Notes: generated by a model from the sequence alone, not told the origin. DNA of 64,000 nucleotides from Octopus sinensis (GCF_006345805.1 NC_043001.1:118234001-118298000), one strand, 5' to 3'. Positions 13,940 through 27,752 are shown, counted from the stretch's first letter. Numbers and translations: made by a program.

Positions 13940-14640
13940 TATATATCATCATCATCATCATTATTTAACGTCCGCTTTCCATGCTAGCATGGGTTGGACA
14001 ATTTAACTGAGGTCTGGTGAACCAGATGGCTGCACCAGGCTCCAATCTGATCTAGCAGAGTTTCTACAGCTGGTTGCCCTTCCTAACACCAACCACTCTG
14101 AGAGTATAGTGGGTGCTTTTATGTGCCACTGGCACGAGGGCCAGTCAGGCGGTACTGGCAATGGCCACGCTCAAATGGTGTTTTTTTATGTGCCACCTGC
14201 ACAGGAGCCAGTCCAGTGGCACTGGCAACAACCTCACTCGAATATTTTTTTCACATGCCACCAGCACAAGTGCCAGTAAGGCGATACAGGTAACGATCAT
14301 GCTCGAATGGTGTTTTTTTTACATGCCATCGGCACAGAGGCCAGCTTGTTGCTCTGGCAACGATCTCACTCGTATGATACTCTTAGTGCTCCACTAGCAC
14401 GGATGCCAGTCATCAAATTTGGTTTTGATTTCAATTTCACTTGCCTCAACAGGTTTTCACAAGTAGAGCTTAGTGTCCAATGAAGGAAAGGTACACATTG
14501 GCCACAGGGTTATGGTCTAACTTGCGCTTGCCGAGTCTTCTCAAGCACAGCATATTTCCAAAGGTCTTGGTCACTAGTCATTGCCTTGGTGAGGCCCAAT
14601 ATTCAAAGGTCATGCTTCACCACCTCATATATACACTTCA
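13940..14640 (-). mobile_element. 5'-truncated RTE copy (ORF2 end plus 3' UTR)
   Basis: Reverse complement of the RTE 3' UTR with a (CAT)n tail at about 13945; cttctcaagcacagcatatttccaaaggtc matches copies 1 and 2. Confidence 0.85.
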
Positions 14641-15526
14641 AGATAGTTAGAGAGAAAGAAAAAGTCATGCTTTTTCGTTCACTATTCAACATGCTTCTAA
14701 ACTTGCCAGGGCTGAAGGCAGCAAATTATGTATGTATGCATATATATATATATATATATATATATGTACTACTAATATAGGATGAAGCTTTTTTACAAAA
14801 AAAAATTTCATCAAAAAATGTGGCAGCATATTAAAATACCTTTAAGGTTAAAATTATAAACAAGGGCTAAAGAAAATTATTTCTATGCCAATATGCTGAT
14901 AAAAGACTTTTAAATCATCAATTTCCACATATTATTTACTCGCAACAGAAAACACGTAGAGCTGAAATTGGGGAAAGCTGGCCAACAGAATTTTTTTTTA
15001 AAGTTTGTTATTTCTATATTGAATCACTTTTCGAAATTGATTCAATATAGAAATAACGTCCCTTTGAAATACAAATACTACTCAGTTTTGCCCGCTGAGT
15101 GGACAGGAGTAACATGAAATAAAGTGTCTGGCTCAAGGACACACCACACCATAGAATTAATGATCTTAAGATTGTGGGTCGGATACCCTAACCATGAAGC
15201 CTCATGCCTTCACACACACACATGCCCACAAGTCAGACAAGAACATGTTAGGGTAGGGCAGAGATTTTTTATAACTGGATGCCCTTTCTGTAGCCAACTG
15301 CCACTTGTTTCTAAGCAAAGTGATAATCCCCCTCCCAGTCAAACAACAAGCAGTCCAGACATGTTTTATGGGAAGAACTGGAAACAAATGACATCAATCA
15401 TTAAGGCATTGTTTACAAACAGTAAGTAAACATGAAGATGAGGAAGAGACAAACTCACTTACACACACACACACACACACACACACACGCCCGTGCATGA
15501 ATATATATTCACATATATATATATGA

Positions 15527-15561
<35 letters not shown>

Positions 15562-15862
15562 CATATAGATGTCATAAAAATAATTCTTTTTTGGGAATAG
15601 TGGATCTCAAAATAAATAAGACTATAAATCATAGCATAGAATTATTGGGTTGAAAAGGTTTACAAATTCTTTTTGTGTCAACAACAAACAATTCTTGCTG
15701 GCAAGAATAAAGTTTAAAAAATGGATAGAGAAATCTGAAGGTTTGCATTGGAAAAGTATTTGTTAAAGTGATGATGATGCTGATGATGATGCTACTAGTA
15801 CATACATTCATGTGTGTGTATGTATATCTATCTATCTGTCTATCTATCTATATATCTATCTA

Positions 15863-15907
<45 letters not shown>

Positions 15908-16111
15908 GTGACCTCGTGTGTACCGTTGGCGATTTTTTTTCCTCTGTCTTCCCTTCTCTGGATCTTTCCTTCTCCTATGTTTCCGAGGAAGAGCTCCGCT
16001 CGAAACGTTAAACCCTCCTTCTTTCCTTCTTTCCTGAGCGTCCAATAATACTATATTTGTTCCACGTCCTCGCGTTGTTGTGTTTTTTTGTGCTTTCATG
16101 TTTGGATTAAC
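15908..16111 (+). mobile_element. CpG-rich repeat between microsatellites, probably a Penelope-like terminal repeat carrying a hammerhead motif
   Basis: Contains GTTT-CCGAGGA-A-GAGC(TCC)GCTC-GAAACGTT-AAAC; flanked by (CTAT)n/(CTGT)n and (TA)n. Confidence 0.55.
15979..16013 (+). ncRNA. Minimal type I hammerhead-ribozyme-like motif
   Basis: Stem I GTTT/AAAC, core CCGAGGA, stem II GAGC/GCTC, GAAA, palindromic ACGT in place of stem III. Confidence 0.55.
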
Positions 16112-16112
16112 T

Positions 16113-16277
<165 letters not shown>

Positions 16278-16468
16278 ACTTTAGCATCCATGTTTCCATG
16301 CTCACATCCATTGGAAAGACTTTGTTGTGGTAGATTTGCTATGGCTGAATGTCCTTCTTATCACCAGCCTTCATCTGTTTTGAAGTAAGATCCTATTTTC
16401 TCCTGGTCAGTTATGTTTTCATTGAAGAGTTGATATGAAGGACACTAATTTGCAAGAAGATACTAATA

Positions 16469-16525
<57 letters not shown>

Positions 16526-17795
16526 ACACACACACAACTGTGTGCAAAATTCCACCTCAAGACAGCTTGACTCTGTAAGAATTTATATATATAAGATGAT
16601 TCAACTCTTTAAAATCTAGGAAATATTTCACTCTTTTAGGATTCATGAAATATCTCTGAACAAGTCCTTAGAGAGTATGGCTGCAGATCAGAAGCTTTGC
16701 CCTTGGTGACAATTCCATGTCATGTTAAACATGGCTTCATGATGCAAATTTCATTATATGAGTAATATTCTAATTTTCCATCTTCTCTAAGTGAGATCCT
16801 TAGAGTTTGACCAGTGCTTTTCAAGAGAGAGTCTGAAGCTTGAATTTGAAAATGTTTAACACAGTGTATGTGTATCTCAAATCTTAGCCTTCTTGTTGTC
16901 AGGGTTGAAAATATTTTAATTTCATTTTTAAGTAACTTGACTGTAGACATAAGTGACAGCAGGATACATACGACTATCCCATTCACCTAGAGGATGCTTC
17001 TAAGTAGGACATGCAAGAAATTGCTACTCAAATCATATCCAGTAGCTTTTATAAAAAAAAAAAAAAAGAGAAAGCATGACATAATATAATCCATGATATA
17101 CTATGTCTGGAAAAAAAAAAGGCAAGATAATTATGGCTAGGATTCTTTTTGAATATAGAAACTAGGGATAAATAATAAGAAATGATGGATTCTCACCCAT
17201 CCACTGCTTTGACTAAACTTATTTACTTTCACCCAAATTTCGGTATTTTCAATAAACTGTAAACTGGACTGCCTAGATTTCAATGAAATAACTGAGAAAC
17301 TAATTGAAAATGGTGGGATTCTATTGGCTATTGACAGTTTGTTTTTAATATTATCATAACATACTACATTAACCAATCAGAAACCACGATTTCAGCAGCA
17401 ATGTTTAGTTAGAAGTAATCACCTTCTTTGAAAGGTGTAGTAAATGAATGAATGCATTAAGGCAGAATGAATATTGAGCAGTCACAACACAATGAATCAC
17501 TGTCTACAAATCCAGACAAGTAAACTCGATGTCCAGTCACTGAGATTGTGAGCGAGATTTAGAAAATAGGCAAATGGAACAGAACTGGGAACTATAAATA
17601 AAGTAATTGTGGGAATGATCTAAATACAACAAAACCACCAGAAATAATAGACAATGGTTTTACGCAAATCACTTTTACACAATTCATCTTATTTGCATCG
17701 TTCAATATATACTTATATATATATATATTTGTATATACACAAGAGCATGTGTATAGGTGTGAGTATATGTGTGCATGCATGTATGTGTGTGTTTG

Positions 17796-17836
<41 letters not shown>

Positions 17837-20800
17837 CACATGCATACATGAACGCATACACGCATTACACACACACTCATACACACAATATGATCATTGT
17901 CATCATGATCTTCATCATGATCATTGTCATCACTTTATGTCTGCCTTCCATGCTGGGATGGGTTGGGTGAGTGGACAGGATCTGACAAAACAGATGACCA
18001 CAGCATGCCTCAGTTTTGGCATAGTTTCTACATCCTGATGCCTTTGCTAATGCCAATCAAATTACTAAGTGTACTGAGTGCATTTTACATGGTATCAGCG
18101 CTAGTGGGGGTCAGTTTGTAAGACTAAAGAACTTCCACAACTGAAAGAACACGTGAGATGTGGGTTTAGGAAAGAGTGAAGCATAATAGGAAGACTAGAT
18201 TTATTGTTGTGAGGGATTGGTGGTGGGAAGTGCAACAGAGTAGATATTGTTGGCAGAGGGAGTATGGAAGATACACAGATAAAGAGGATGAGAAGGAATT
18301 GAGTCAGGAATTTCCTGGAAAGAGGGAAAAGGATAACGGAAAAGGCTGGTAGGATGGTTTGTGTAGTGAGCATCCAATGCCATCCCATGTTATAAGGATG
18401 AATATGAGTGGAAGGTGAGGGAGGAATGTGCCATGACATGGAGAGGGATATGAGGGCGATGTGAATTAGGAGAGGATGTGGGAAAAGAGACAGTGTAGAT
18501 TAAGGGAGAAGTAGAGGAGGAGAAATGAGAGTATGCTGAGGAAAGAGAAACTGTGAGGGGAGAAGAGGGAGAGAAAGAGAGGCTGGGATAGTGGAGGAGC
18601 AATGGGTGAATACAGTGAAAGTAATGAGAGAAAAGAGAGGCTGAAAGGCAACAGAGGTGGCAGGAGCGGAGATGATGAATGCAATTAAATCATTACAAGA
18701 GAAAGGAAGTGGGGTAGAATGGGTCGATACATCGAGAGCATCCCAGACTCTAGCCACTCTCTTTGTTAGAATTCTCTCTACATGCATGCCCAAAAGAAAG
18801 GGTTTTCTCTAGTCCATCAGGTTACCAATTGTCAATGTCCCTCGTCATTCTTTTTTGTAAGGTGTAGCACCATGAGATCAGTTTTCCCCACCACATCCCA
18901 TGTTGTTGGGATGCAAACTTCTTATCACACAACCATCCCAGGTAATCAAAAACTGTTGATTGAAATACAGTTTATTTTTAACAGTTGACAACAAAAAGAA
19001 AAAGAAAAAAGGAAAAACTATTGATTTACATAACAGTAGCTCAAATCAGTAATTAATCAAATAATAACAAATATTTAAATATTTATATACTGTAATGTAG
19101 TTTGCATCAGGAAGGGCATCCATCCATAGAAACTATGCCAAAGCTGACTCTGGAATTTGGTGCAGCTCTGAAGCTTGCCAGATCCTGTCAAACTGTCTAA
19201 TCCATGTCAGCATGGAAAATGAATGTTAAATGATAATGAAGGTTTAGATGTATATTTTTTAAAAAGTTGTTAAATCATCACATTTTATTAAAATTTTTTT
19301 TTTTTTTAATTTTTAATTAAAATGTAAAAACCAGCATAGTTTATGAGTGTGTGTGTGTATGTGCATGTGTGTGTGTGTGTGTGTATTATGTTTGTATTCA
19401 CAGTCTAAAAATTGATGTCCTTTGTCTGTAAACATAAACACGACAGACACACACTGACACACACACACAAGCGCATATGTATGTGTGTATGTTGTTATAA
19501 TGTGAAATTCTAATATATTTTTGTAACTTTGTTTAACAGCCAATTTATTTGTAGAGTAGAACCATTAGCACGATTTTCAGTTATTGATTCAGTTATCACA
19601 GATTGTGAACCAGCAACGATAAAGGTCACAAAGGGACATTAACAGAAACTATACCAGATTTCCAATTACAAACATGATAAACACAGCCTTTTATTCTTTT
19701 ATTCCATTATTTGTTTCAATTACTGAACCACATCCATGGTGGGATGCCACTTTGAAGGGGTTAAGTGAGTAAATCAATGTCAATACTTATTTTAAGACTG
19801 GTGATTTTATTTTATTGGTCACTTTTTGCTGAACTGCTTGGTTACAAGGATCTAAACACACCAATTCCAATTGTCATTTAGTAGGGAACTAACATGAAAC
19901 AAAAAGATGAGTATTTGCACCCCCCCCCCCCCCACACACACAGAGTCATTTTTACTCCTCAGCCAATTCCAGATTCTTACCATCTTCCTCCCTGACCATT
20001 CCTTGACATTGCTCAACCACCCATTTGTATTTTGTCCATATGTTACCATATTCAGCAGGACTAAGAGGTCATGGTGTTATGTCACATGACCAAAATCATT
20101 TCATTTTCTTTCTTTTGACAATTGACAGAAACAAAAGCTTCAAACTTTATAATCTTCCCAACAATCTCTTTCCTAACATTCTGGTTACTTCAATTCTCTA
20201 TATATAGAATGAAAATCATCTTTTACTCACATTTCAAAGGCCATCATCTTTTCCCTTTCACTATTCAACATTCATAACTTACACCCAGAGAGATACAGCA
20301 GAGATAAAATTACAATTGCACTTAAAAAATGAATTTTTGTTGTTATTGTAATTTTTTTTTTGTTTCCAATCATGGTCTAATTTTTACAAGTTATTCTAGC
20401 TGCTGCGTTCTGACATTCTACTTCTTTCTTTGATTTCATATATTTTGCTATCATTTTCCCAACAACATTAAAACTCATCTATTTATCTGAGCATTTTACT
20501 CTCCTATTTCAACTGAATTCTTTATTTTCTTTCTGCTATTTGTTGCCATTTCTCTCAGCATATTTTTCCATTCCATATTTTGTTGCAGTTGTAATAAAGA
20601 AGAGTTGTTAAATCTCTTATGACGTTATGTATATAAAATAAACTTCTGTTTTCACTCTTAAAATTTAACAGCAATTACAGCACCATGGAGAGAGTAAAAT
20701 TGAATTAATTAGAATACGTGTGGTTCAGCTCAGTTGAATGGTTATGAAATTTGTTTTGCAATTTCAAGATCCCAAGTTCAATTCCACTGTGGAATCTTGC

Positions 20801-20881
20801 ATAAGTGACAAAAGATTTAAGAAATAGAAAAATTAAAATTTCATAATTTGCTTGTTTGTTGGTTTTACGATGATGATGATG

Positions 20882-20886
20882 CTATA

Positions 20887-20922
<36 letters not shown>

Positions 20923-20936
20923 TGTATGTATGTATG

Positions 20937-20970
<34 letters not shown>

Positions 20971-21090
20971 TGTGTGTATGTATGTATGTATGTATGTATG
21001 TATGTATGTATGTATGCATGCATGTATATATGTATTTATGTATGTATGTATGTATACATATACATATGTGTGTGTGTGTTTTTGTGTGTA
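20882..21090. repeat. (TATG)n tetranucleotide microsatellite
   Basis: Read directly; a similar tract lies at 12345-12410. Confidence 0.95.
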
Positions 21091-21769
21091 TCTACTACTG
21101 ATATATTTCTCTGTTTTTTAATACTATACATCTACAAGAGATACTTTCTCAAGATGAATGCTGCAGTTTAGAAGGCTTTCAACAATACATACACTTTAAG
21201 TATGATATACAGGTTGCCAATATATGTCTAGATATAGCTTAGTGACAACTAATCATGGTGCTAAAATATTTCATGTAGTGAACCAAGAAATTTTAATTAG
21301 TCAGAATTACACCAGTAGTGAAGAGAAAACGTTATCTTCTTGACTAATTCTGGTCAAGGAAGACAAGGGAGGCAACTCAGTTGGATTTAAATTAGATATA
21401 GAATGCAGTTTGAAAGTGAATGCAATCTTTATCAGAGTGGAGATGGCTCTTAGAATGTTTTAGTTTTATTAGAACTTCTCAGTTTGGCATTGTCAGAACA
21501 GGTCCTCTGTTAATAGTCACACAAATCACTTCTTGGTAACATTTTGATAACTGGAGACTAGAACTATAAAGTCAAATCAGCATGAGAAGCTCTAAATCAC
21601 TGCACAACCTGCTAGAAATAGCAGCAAAATATCCCTTAAATAACACTATAATTTTAAAAATGAATATGTTGAGAAATGTGATATGGGGTTCCCTCTACAT
21701 AGAAAAAAGGACAGAATAGTGAACACTTATGCAGGGTTAAATAACAATAACATTAAACCAGGTCTTTAG

Positions 21770-22372
21770 GTAATGAAGAGAGATTTTTTTTCTAGAGAAA
21801 TCAATGGATTTGTTGTGGCTATTCTTCAGAACTTATTGTCAAAGAAGGGCAGTTTGAACAGAAGGGCATGTTGTGTGTTTGGTGGAATTTCAAGGAGGTG
21901 TTGCCCTTTGAATTTGTCCTAGATGATCATTCTGTGAATGCCAACCTTTATGCTCAAAAACGATGCTTTGAAGGGTTTCTGCATGACATTGGTCAGTGAA
22001 AGATGCATGTTCCTACTGCATGACAATGGCCTAGCACAGAGACTGCCAAGGCAATCAAGAGCAAACTTGAGGAACATGAGGGGCTGGAAGTGATGCTTCA
22101 CCTTGCCTGCACTCCTTGCACCTTCACATTACCACTTTTTTTAGTCATGGCTTATTTCCTACATGAATGGAGGTTCGATAATGCAGATGAGTTTTAAAAA
22201 AAAGTGCAGACCGTTTTTTGCCTTAAAAGCAGCCAAATGGTATAAACATAGAATTTAACTTTTGGCTCAATGATGGCAACAAGCAATAGAATATGGTGGA
22301 ATATATTTTCGTATGTAATTTGTTTGAACTATTACTTAAAGCTTGAAAAACTAAAACTTTTGACTTGGCCTG

Positions 22373-22375
<3 letters not shown>
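21770..22375 (+). mobile_element. 5'-truncated, decayed mariner transposase (catalytic region)
   Basis: Broken frames give LCVWWNFKEV, AKAIKSKLEEH and WRFDNADEF, degenerate versions of mariner WWD...HDNA...YSPDL-region motifs. Confidence 0.75.
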
Positions 22376-22413
<38 letters not shown>

Positions 22414-22611
22414 TATATATATATGCATATATATATATTACTTATATTATTATTTAATTGAATGCTACACATCCATTTCCAAGTATATGTATATATATAT
22501 TATATATATATATATATATATATGCATATATATATATGCATATATATATATTACTTATATTATTATTTAATTGAATGCTACACATCCATTTCCAAGTATA
22601 TGTATATATAT

Positions 22612-23290
22612 ATTTATATATACATGAATACAGACGTAGTAGATAACAGCTAGCCTTCGTCCACTTGGACCCTGTTGTGTCCACTGCTCTGATTGGTTGG
22701 TATAGGTGCAATTTGTCTCTTGCTCTATTACACGCCAGTGTGCAACCCAACCAATTGCAGCCTTCTGATAAGGTCACATGAGACAGTCTCTTCTAAATCT
22801 CTGTTTGTGCTGACTGGTCCCTATAAAAAGCTAGCTTCAACACTGTATTTTGTCTTTTGGTTCTAGACCTTCTAAGGTCTAACCACTGACCACAGAGCAC
22901 ACAGCCAGTTCCAGTGACAACACCAGCAGCCACATGGAGAAACATCAACACTTTGTCCAGCAGCATCAGGACCTCCATCTCTGTCGCCTCCGTCTTAATG
23001 TCAACAACATCTCTCTATGTACACGCAGGTCCTATCTCAACACTGTTTGTGAATTACTTCACCATGGTTAACAACAAATACAACCTGCGAGATCTTCCGG
23101 TATCAAGTGACCGGTAGCAGCATAGTAGCCACAACATCTCACACGACATGTGCTTCAACTGGCTCTGTTTCTTCGCCACAACTTCTTCTTACAGCACTTC
23201 ATCTATTGCGTACCTTACTACGAACTGGTATTTATTTTCATTGTGTCTGAACATTCTTCGAGCATCCTATTGTAGACTCTTTCAATGCTC
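22612..23290 (+). mobile_element. LTR-like dispersed repeat (longer copy)
   Basis: CCAAT-type motifs and a CTATAAAAAG TATA-like box; homologous to the inverted copy at 12515-12938. Confidence 0.45.
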
Positions 23291-24196
23291 TGTATTTTAT
23301 GCACACACATACACATTATGTATGCATGACGGCCTGTCTGTTATTATTAGAGACCGAGACCTATGGAAGTATGCTGTGCGTGAGAAGACCTGGCAAGACT
23401 AATGAGACCATAACCCGTGGCCTCTACCTGGTATGTAGCCAGTCGACTTATACATACCTTTCCTTCTTGGGACACAAAACTCTAAAATTTAGATTACATA
23501 AAATGAATTAGACATGGAAATGTTATACAATGAGGACTAGTTAGTTTAGGTGGTGCTTACAGAGAAAACTGGATTTATTTAACCGATTAACACATAGTTA
23601 ATGAGTTAAATAATTTGAGGTCATTAAGCAGGGAATTATTGTTTGTGAAAATAAAGGCATAACTACAGATTTCTGCACACACCCCTCCGACTTTGGATGA
23701 TCACAACTTTCAGAAAAATAGAAATTTTTTAATGAAATTTTCTACGAATATGTGTTATATCATGCAGATTCCAAATATACAAAACATTTTGGGGAAAACG
23801 TTTTAGGAGGGGCTGGGTGGGGAATTTCGGAAAATTCACCAGAGTTCACTTCAATTCGTCTTAACTTTCAAGAAAATGGATGTTTTTTAATAAGATCTTC
23901 TACAAATATACCTCGGACTATGTAGATTCAGAGGATATAGGAATTGGTGGGGGGGGGGGGAAACAATTGGGGTTTATTTTTGAGAACTGTTCTCCACTCA
24001 GGGGTGTTTCGTACCAAGTCGTCCATATTTGTTTCCTTTTCTCCGTTTTGTGTGTTTGTGCATCTGTAGATTTTTACTGAAGCAACGAAGGCAAATGAAG
24101 CCCTCACCAGAAAAATCGTAATGCTAAAAACAACAGCTAAAGGTCTGGTACACAGAAATATGTTATTAAGACGACTTAACTGTTGCATACCATTTT

Positions 24197-24648
24197 GGAT
24201 CTTTTCGGTTTGAACGGCAGTTTTTAACATAATTTCTAGTTAACTAAACACTTTTAAACTTTGTATACTGGTAGAATGTGTTTATAAAACATCTTTTTCT
24301 CTTGGCTTTATTGAGAAAATTCTATAGTTTGTAAGATATTTTTTTGTTGTTTTTTCTTCAATTTCTGCAATTTCAACCAATCAATGACGTCTATTGAGGT
24401 AAAAAAAAAACATTCTGTGCTGTATGAATATGTCCCTCGTTTAAGAAACAGATTGGGTTTATTTACATTTGTGAAGAAAAAAAGATACCCTTCCCCCACC
24501 CCTAACCCTAACCCTAACCCTGATCCTAACCCTAACCCTAACCCTAAAACAGATTGAAATGCAATAGATCGATACTAGGGTCATAATTATGGGTGACAGT
24601 TTCATATGACACCGCTAGAAAAAACTGCCGTTCAAACCGAAAAGATCC
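24197..24648. mobile_element. MITE with 29-bp perfect TIRs and an internal (CCCTAA)n tract, nested in the foldback element
   Basis: ggatcttttcggtttgaacggcagttttt at 24197-24225 and its reverse complement at 24620-24648. Confidence 0.88.
24500..24547 (+). repeat. Interstitial telomere-type (CCCTAA)n, about 8 units with one variant
   Basis: Read directly from the sequence. Confidence 0.9.
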
Positions 24649-24847
24649 CGATTTTTCCTCATTTTAAATAAATTCCCAGGTAAACATTTGTAATAACAAT
24701 TGCAGAAGACACCAGAAGCAAAAATAAGGAATATACACGCACAGTTAAATATAGAAGTGTAAAGTATAATTTGGTACATAATCTTTATAATAATTGAATG
24801 AAATAATTCCCCGTTTGAACTTTTTTAATTACATGTGTGCCATGTGG

Positions 24848-24894
<47 letters not shown>

Positions 24895-25879
24895 AATCTA
24901 TGGATGCACAAACGCACAAAACGGAGAAAATGAAACATGAACGACTTGTTCTGAAACACCCCTGAGTGGGGAAGAGTTCTCAAAAGTAACACCTGATTGT
25001 TCCCCACCCCAATTTCTATGTTTTCGGAAACTAGATAGTCCGAGGTATATTTGTAGAAGATTTCATTAAAAAATATCCATTTTCTTGAAAGTTAAGACGA
25101 ATTAAAGTGGACTCCGGTGAATTTTCCGAAATTCCCCACCTCACCCCCTCCTAAAAGACTTTACCAAAAAAGTTTTGTATATTCGGAATCTACATGATAT
25201 AACACATATTCGTAGAAATTTTCATTAAAAAGATATCTATTTTCTGAAAGTTATGATCATCCAAAGTCGAGGGTGCAGAAATCTGTAGTTATGCCGAAAT
25301 AAAATGGGTGGTTTGTTAGTCATTGTTTATAGGAATGCATGCAAACTGACATCACGCAGACACATTAGATGGATGGACGGACAGATGGATGTTTATTAAT
25401 ATGTAAGATAAACAGGATCATATATTAAGAGACTCTACCCATTTCGAACACAATGGGGTATTGTTCACTTTTGTTTTCTTACAACTAAATAATTATATAT
25501 ATGTATAGTATACATTTAATATATATATATATATATATAAACCGATCTTCTGATTACTTCATTTCTTCTAATATATATATATATATCATCATCATCATCA
25601 TCATCATCTAATGAGCATTTACCATGCTGGTATAGGTTGGATAGTTCAACAAGAGCTGGTGAACCAAATGAATGTACAAAACTCTACTGTCCGCTTTGGC
25701 ATAGTTTCTGTGGCTTGATGCCCTATCAGGATTTTTCTAGATCTGAGTTTTCCCACCCAAACCAATTACTTTTATTTTGCTTTCTAACATGGGCTTTGAG
25801 TGATTATAGAGACCCAGAATTGTTTGAAACATTTGATGACAATCTTTGCACTGGATTTTAAAGAGTTTTTTCATTGATG

Positions 25880-27700
25880 GTGGCTGACCTTCTTTCTCAT
25901 CACCTGTCTCATGTGCCCCTTGTCTTTTCTGTCCTGTTCAAACAGTTTGCAAGACAAGACAGGTGAGATTCTTCTATTGCTCTCTACCCCCTATGACAAT
26001 CCTGATCTTCTTTGGTTGGATACCACAGAGTGTGAGGTTCTTCTTTGGGAAGTCTCTGAACCTTACTTGTGGTCTGCCACTAAGATGTTTTCCCATTGTC
26101 AGTTTAGAATAAAAGATGGTCTTCAGGAGTCATTCATTGTCTATTCTTTGAACAGAGTCAATCCAACATAACTAATGACTAAATATCATGATGATCCTTA
26201 ATGTTTTGTCACTTATGCTTGTTCCAGGACAAAGGTGTTCAGCTTTTTTTACCAGTTAATACCTAGAAGTGAGCAAAATAAGTTTGATTGGCAGAACTGC
26301 TACAAATGTTTGATGTGAGGGCAATAATATGTCCATATCTTGCAAACATAAAGAAGTGTACTGATAACTAGTTTCGTACATGTATAGCTTGCTGGTAGTT
26401 TTGTGGTTCTTGAAGCCTCTTTGGTAAAGCATTCTATATGAAGAATGAACTGCAAGTATCCTGTTGGTGATCTCATTGCTTGTGGCTGCATTTGAAGATA
26501 AGATGGAATAAAGATATGGAATGTGGGAGACCTGTTTGATTGGGTTGTTTTATTGATTGGGTGGGCCTTAGAAGAGATTGGTACAGGTTGTGAGTATTGC
26601 TGATGTTAACTGTTAGGTTGTAATTTTTATATGTTGAGACTAATAAGAGTCACTTATTTGTTGGATGTGAATTTAGTCATGACTGGGTACAGCATTGTCA
26701 GCTGCATGTTACAGCTCTAAAGTGGTATTGGTTGATGTATTAGTCTTTGAGAAGAATTGGCTTCAATTGAAGACACCTTCATCATACCTAATTGTTAGTT
26801 TCACATATAAAGAAGTCTCATTTTCATTTACAGCAACTAGATGAATGACATAAGTAAATGAGAAGAGGATTGGTGCAAGGATGTCCACTTGCTTCACACC
26901 AGTTTTAACTTCAAATGATGATAATGCTGATTGTTTTGATAACACTGGAAACTCCCTATTGTCATAAAGCGAGTGAATGATGGCAAGGAATTTTGGTGGA
27001 ATGTCTACTTCCTGAAGTATTTTCCATGATATTTTACAGCATATACTGTAAAACATCATGGAATCATAGAACAAATAGCGTGGTGACTTGTGGTCTTAGG
27101 ATTTTTCTTGCTGTTGATGAAAAGCAAGACTCACGTGCCACATCAAAAATATTTGTAGGAGTCTTTTTTATAAGATTCTTGCAAATATTTTTCCAGCAGT
27201 GTAATGAAAAGCTGTGAAATTTCTCTATTCCACTCAATCTTCTTTCTTAAAAATTATTACAATTTCTTTATCAAAGAAATATCATGTCAAAGGAATCATG
27301 TCTCTCCCAGATTTGAGGTATGAGAGGATGCAATCAGGTAATCAGTAATTGTCTACTTTTGTTGAAAATACCAGCAGGAATATTGTCTGGCCTGGAGATT
27401 TGTTATTTATTTTATCAATGAGTGTTTTAACCTCAGTGAGAGTTGAAGACAATGATGCTCAAGAAGAAGGGAAAATTGTGGAATCAGTTGATGGTGGTAG
27501 TGTTGATGTTAGTTGGGTACCTGAGAAGACTGAAAATATTCCATGTAATGGTAAAGGATATCAGGTTCATCCTTGAAGACTGTTGATCCACTTAATGAAC
27601 TGAACAGAGTTACAATAGACAGAAGAAGGCCATTGTTGATTTTGATTTTACTTGCTAATGGTAAATCTGAGAAACTTTGTTGTATCTATGGTCAGTGTTT
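25880..27700 (-). mobile_element. Old RTE-type LINE of a different subfamily, RT region
   Basis: Broken minus-strand frames give IPPKFLAIIHSLYD, FEVKTGVKQVDILAPILF and TLLYVCKIWTYYCPHIKHL, typical of RTE RT and downstream motifs. Confidence 0.7.
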
Positions 27701-27752
27701 TCTTTAAGTTGATCTCCTACCCTGCAACGCATTCTCGTAACCCTGGCTCTTC

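Larger units (their letters stand above)
23656..25295. mobile_element. Long-TIR foldback / Mutator-like non-autonomous element
   Basis: Arms 23656-24077 and 24890-25295 are reverse complements starting GGCATAACTACAGATTTCTGCAC; flanks gaaaataaa / gaaataaaa resemble a 9-bp TSD. Confidence 0.8.

Noticed and set aside
16720-16986. 88-aa minus-strand ORF as a possible exon
   Set aside because: No recognisable domain, weak splice signals and no partner exons found.
18130-18790. GA-rich tract with an RVARVWDAL motif as a gene
   Set aside because: More consistent with an old CR1/L2-like 3' end; too decayed to call firmly.
20380-20600. Purine-rich minus-strand stretch resembling a decayed ORF
   Set aside because: Multiple stops and no identifiable family.
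24500-24547. Chromosome end or telomere fusion site
   Set aside because: Short, single orientation, and enclosed by MITE TIRs.
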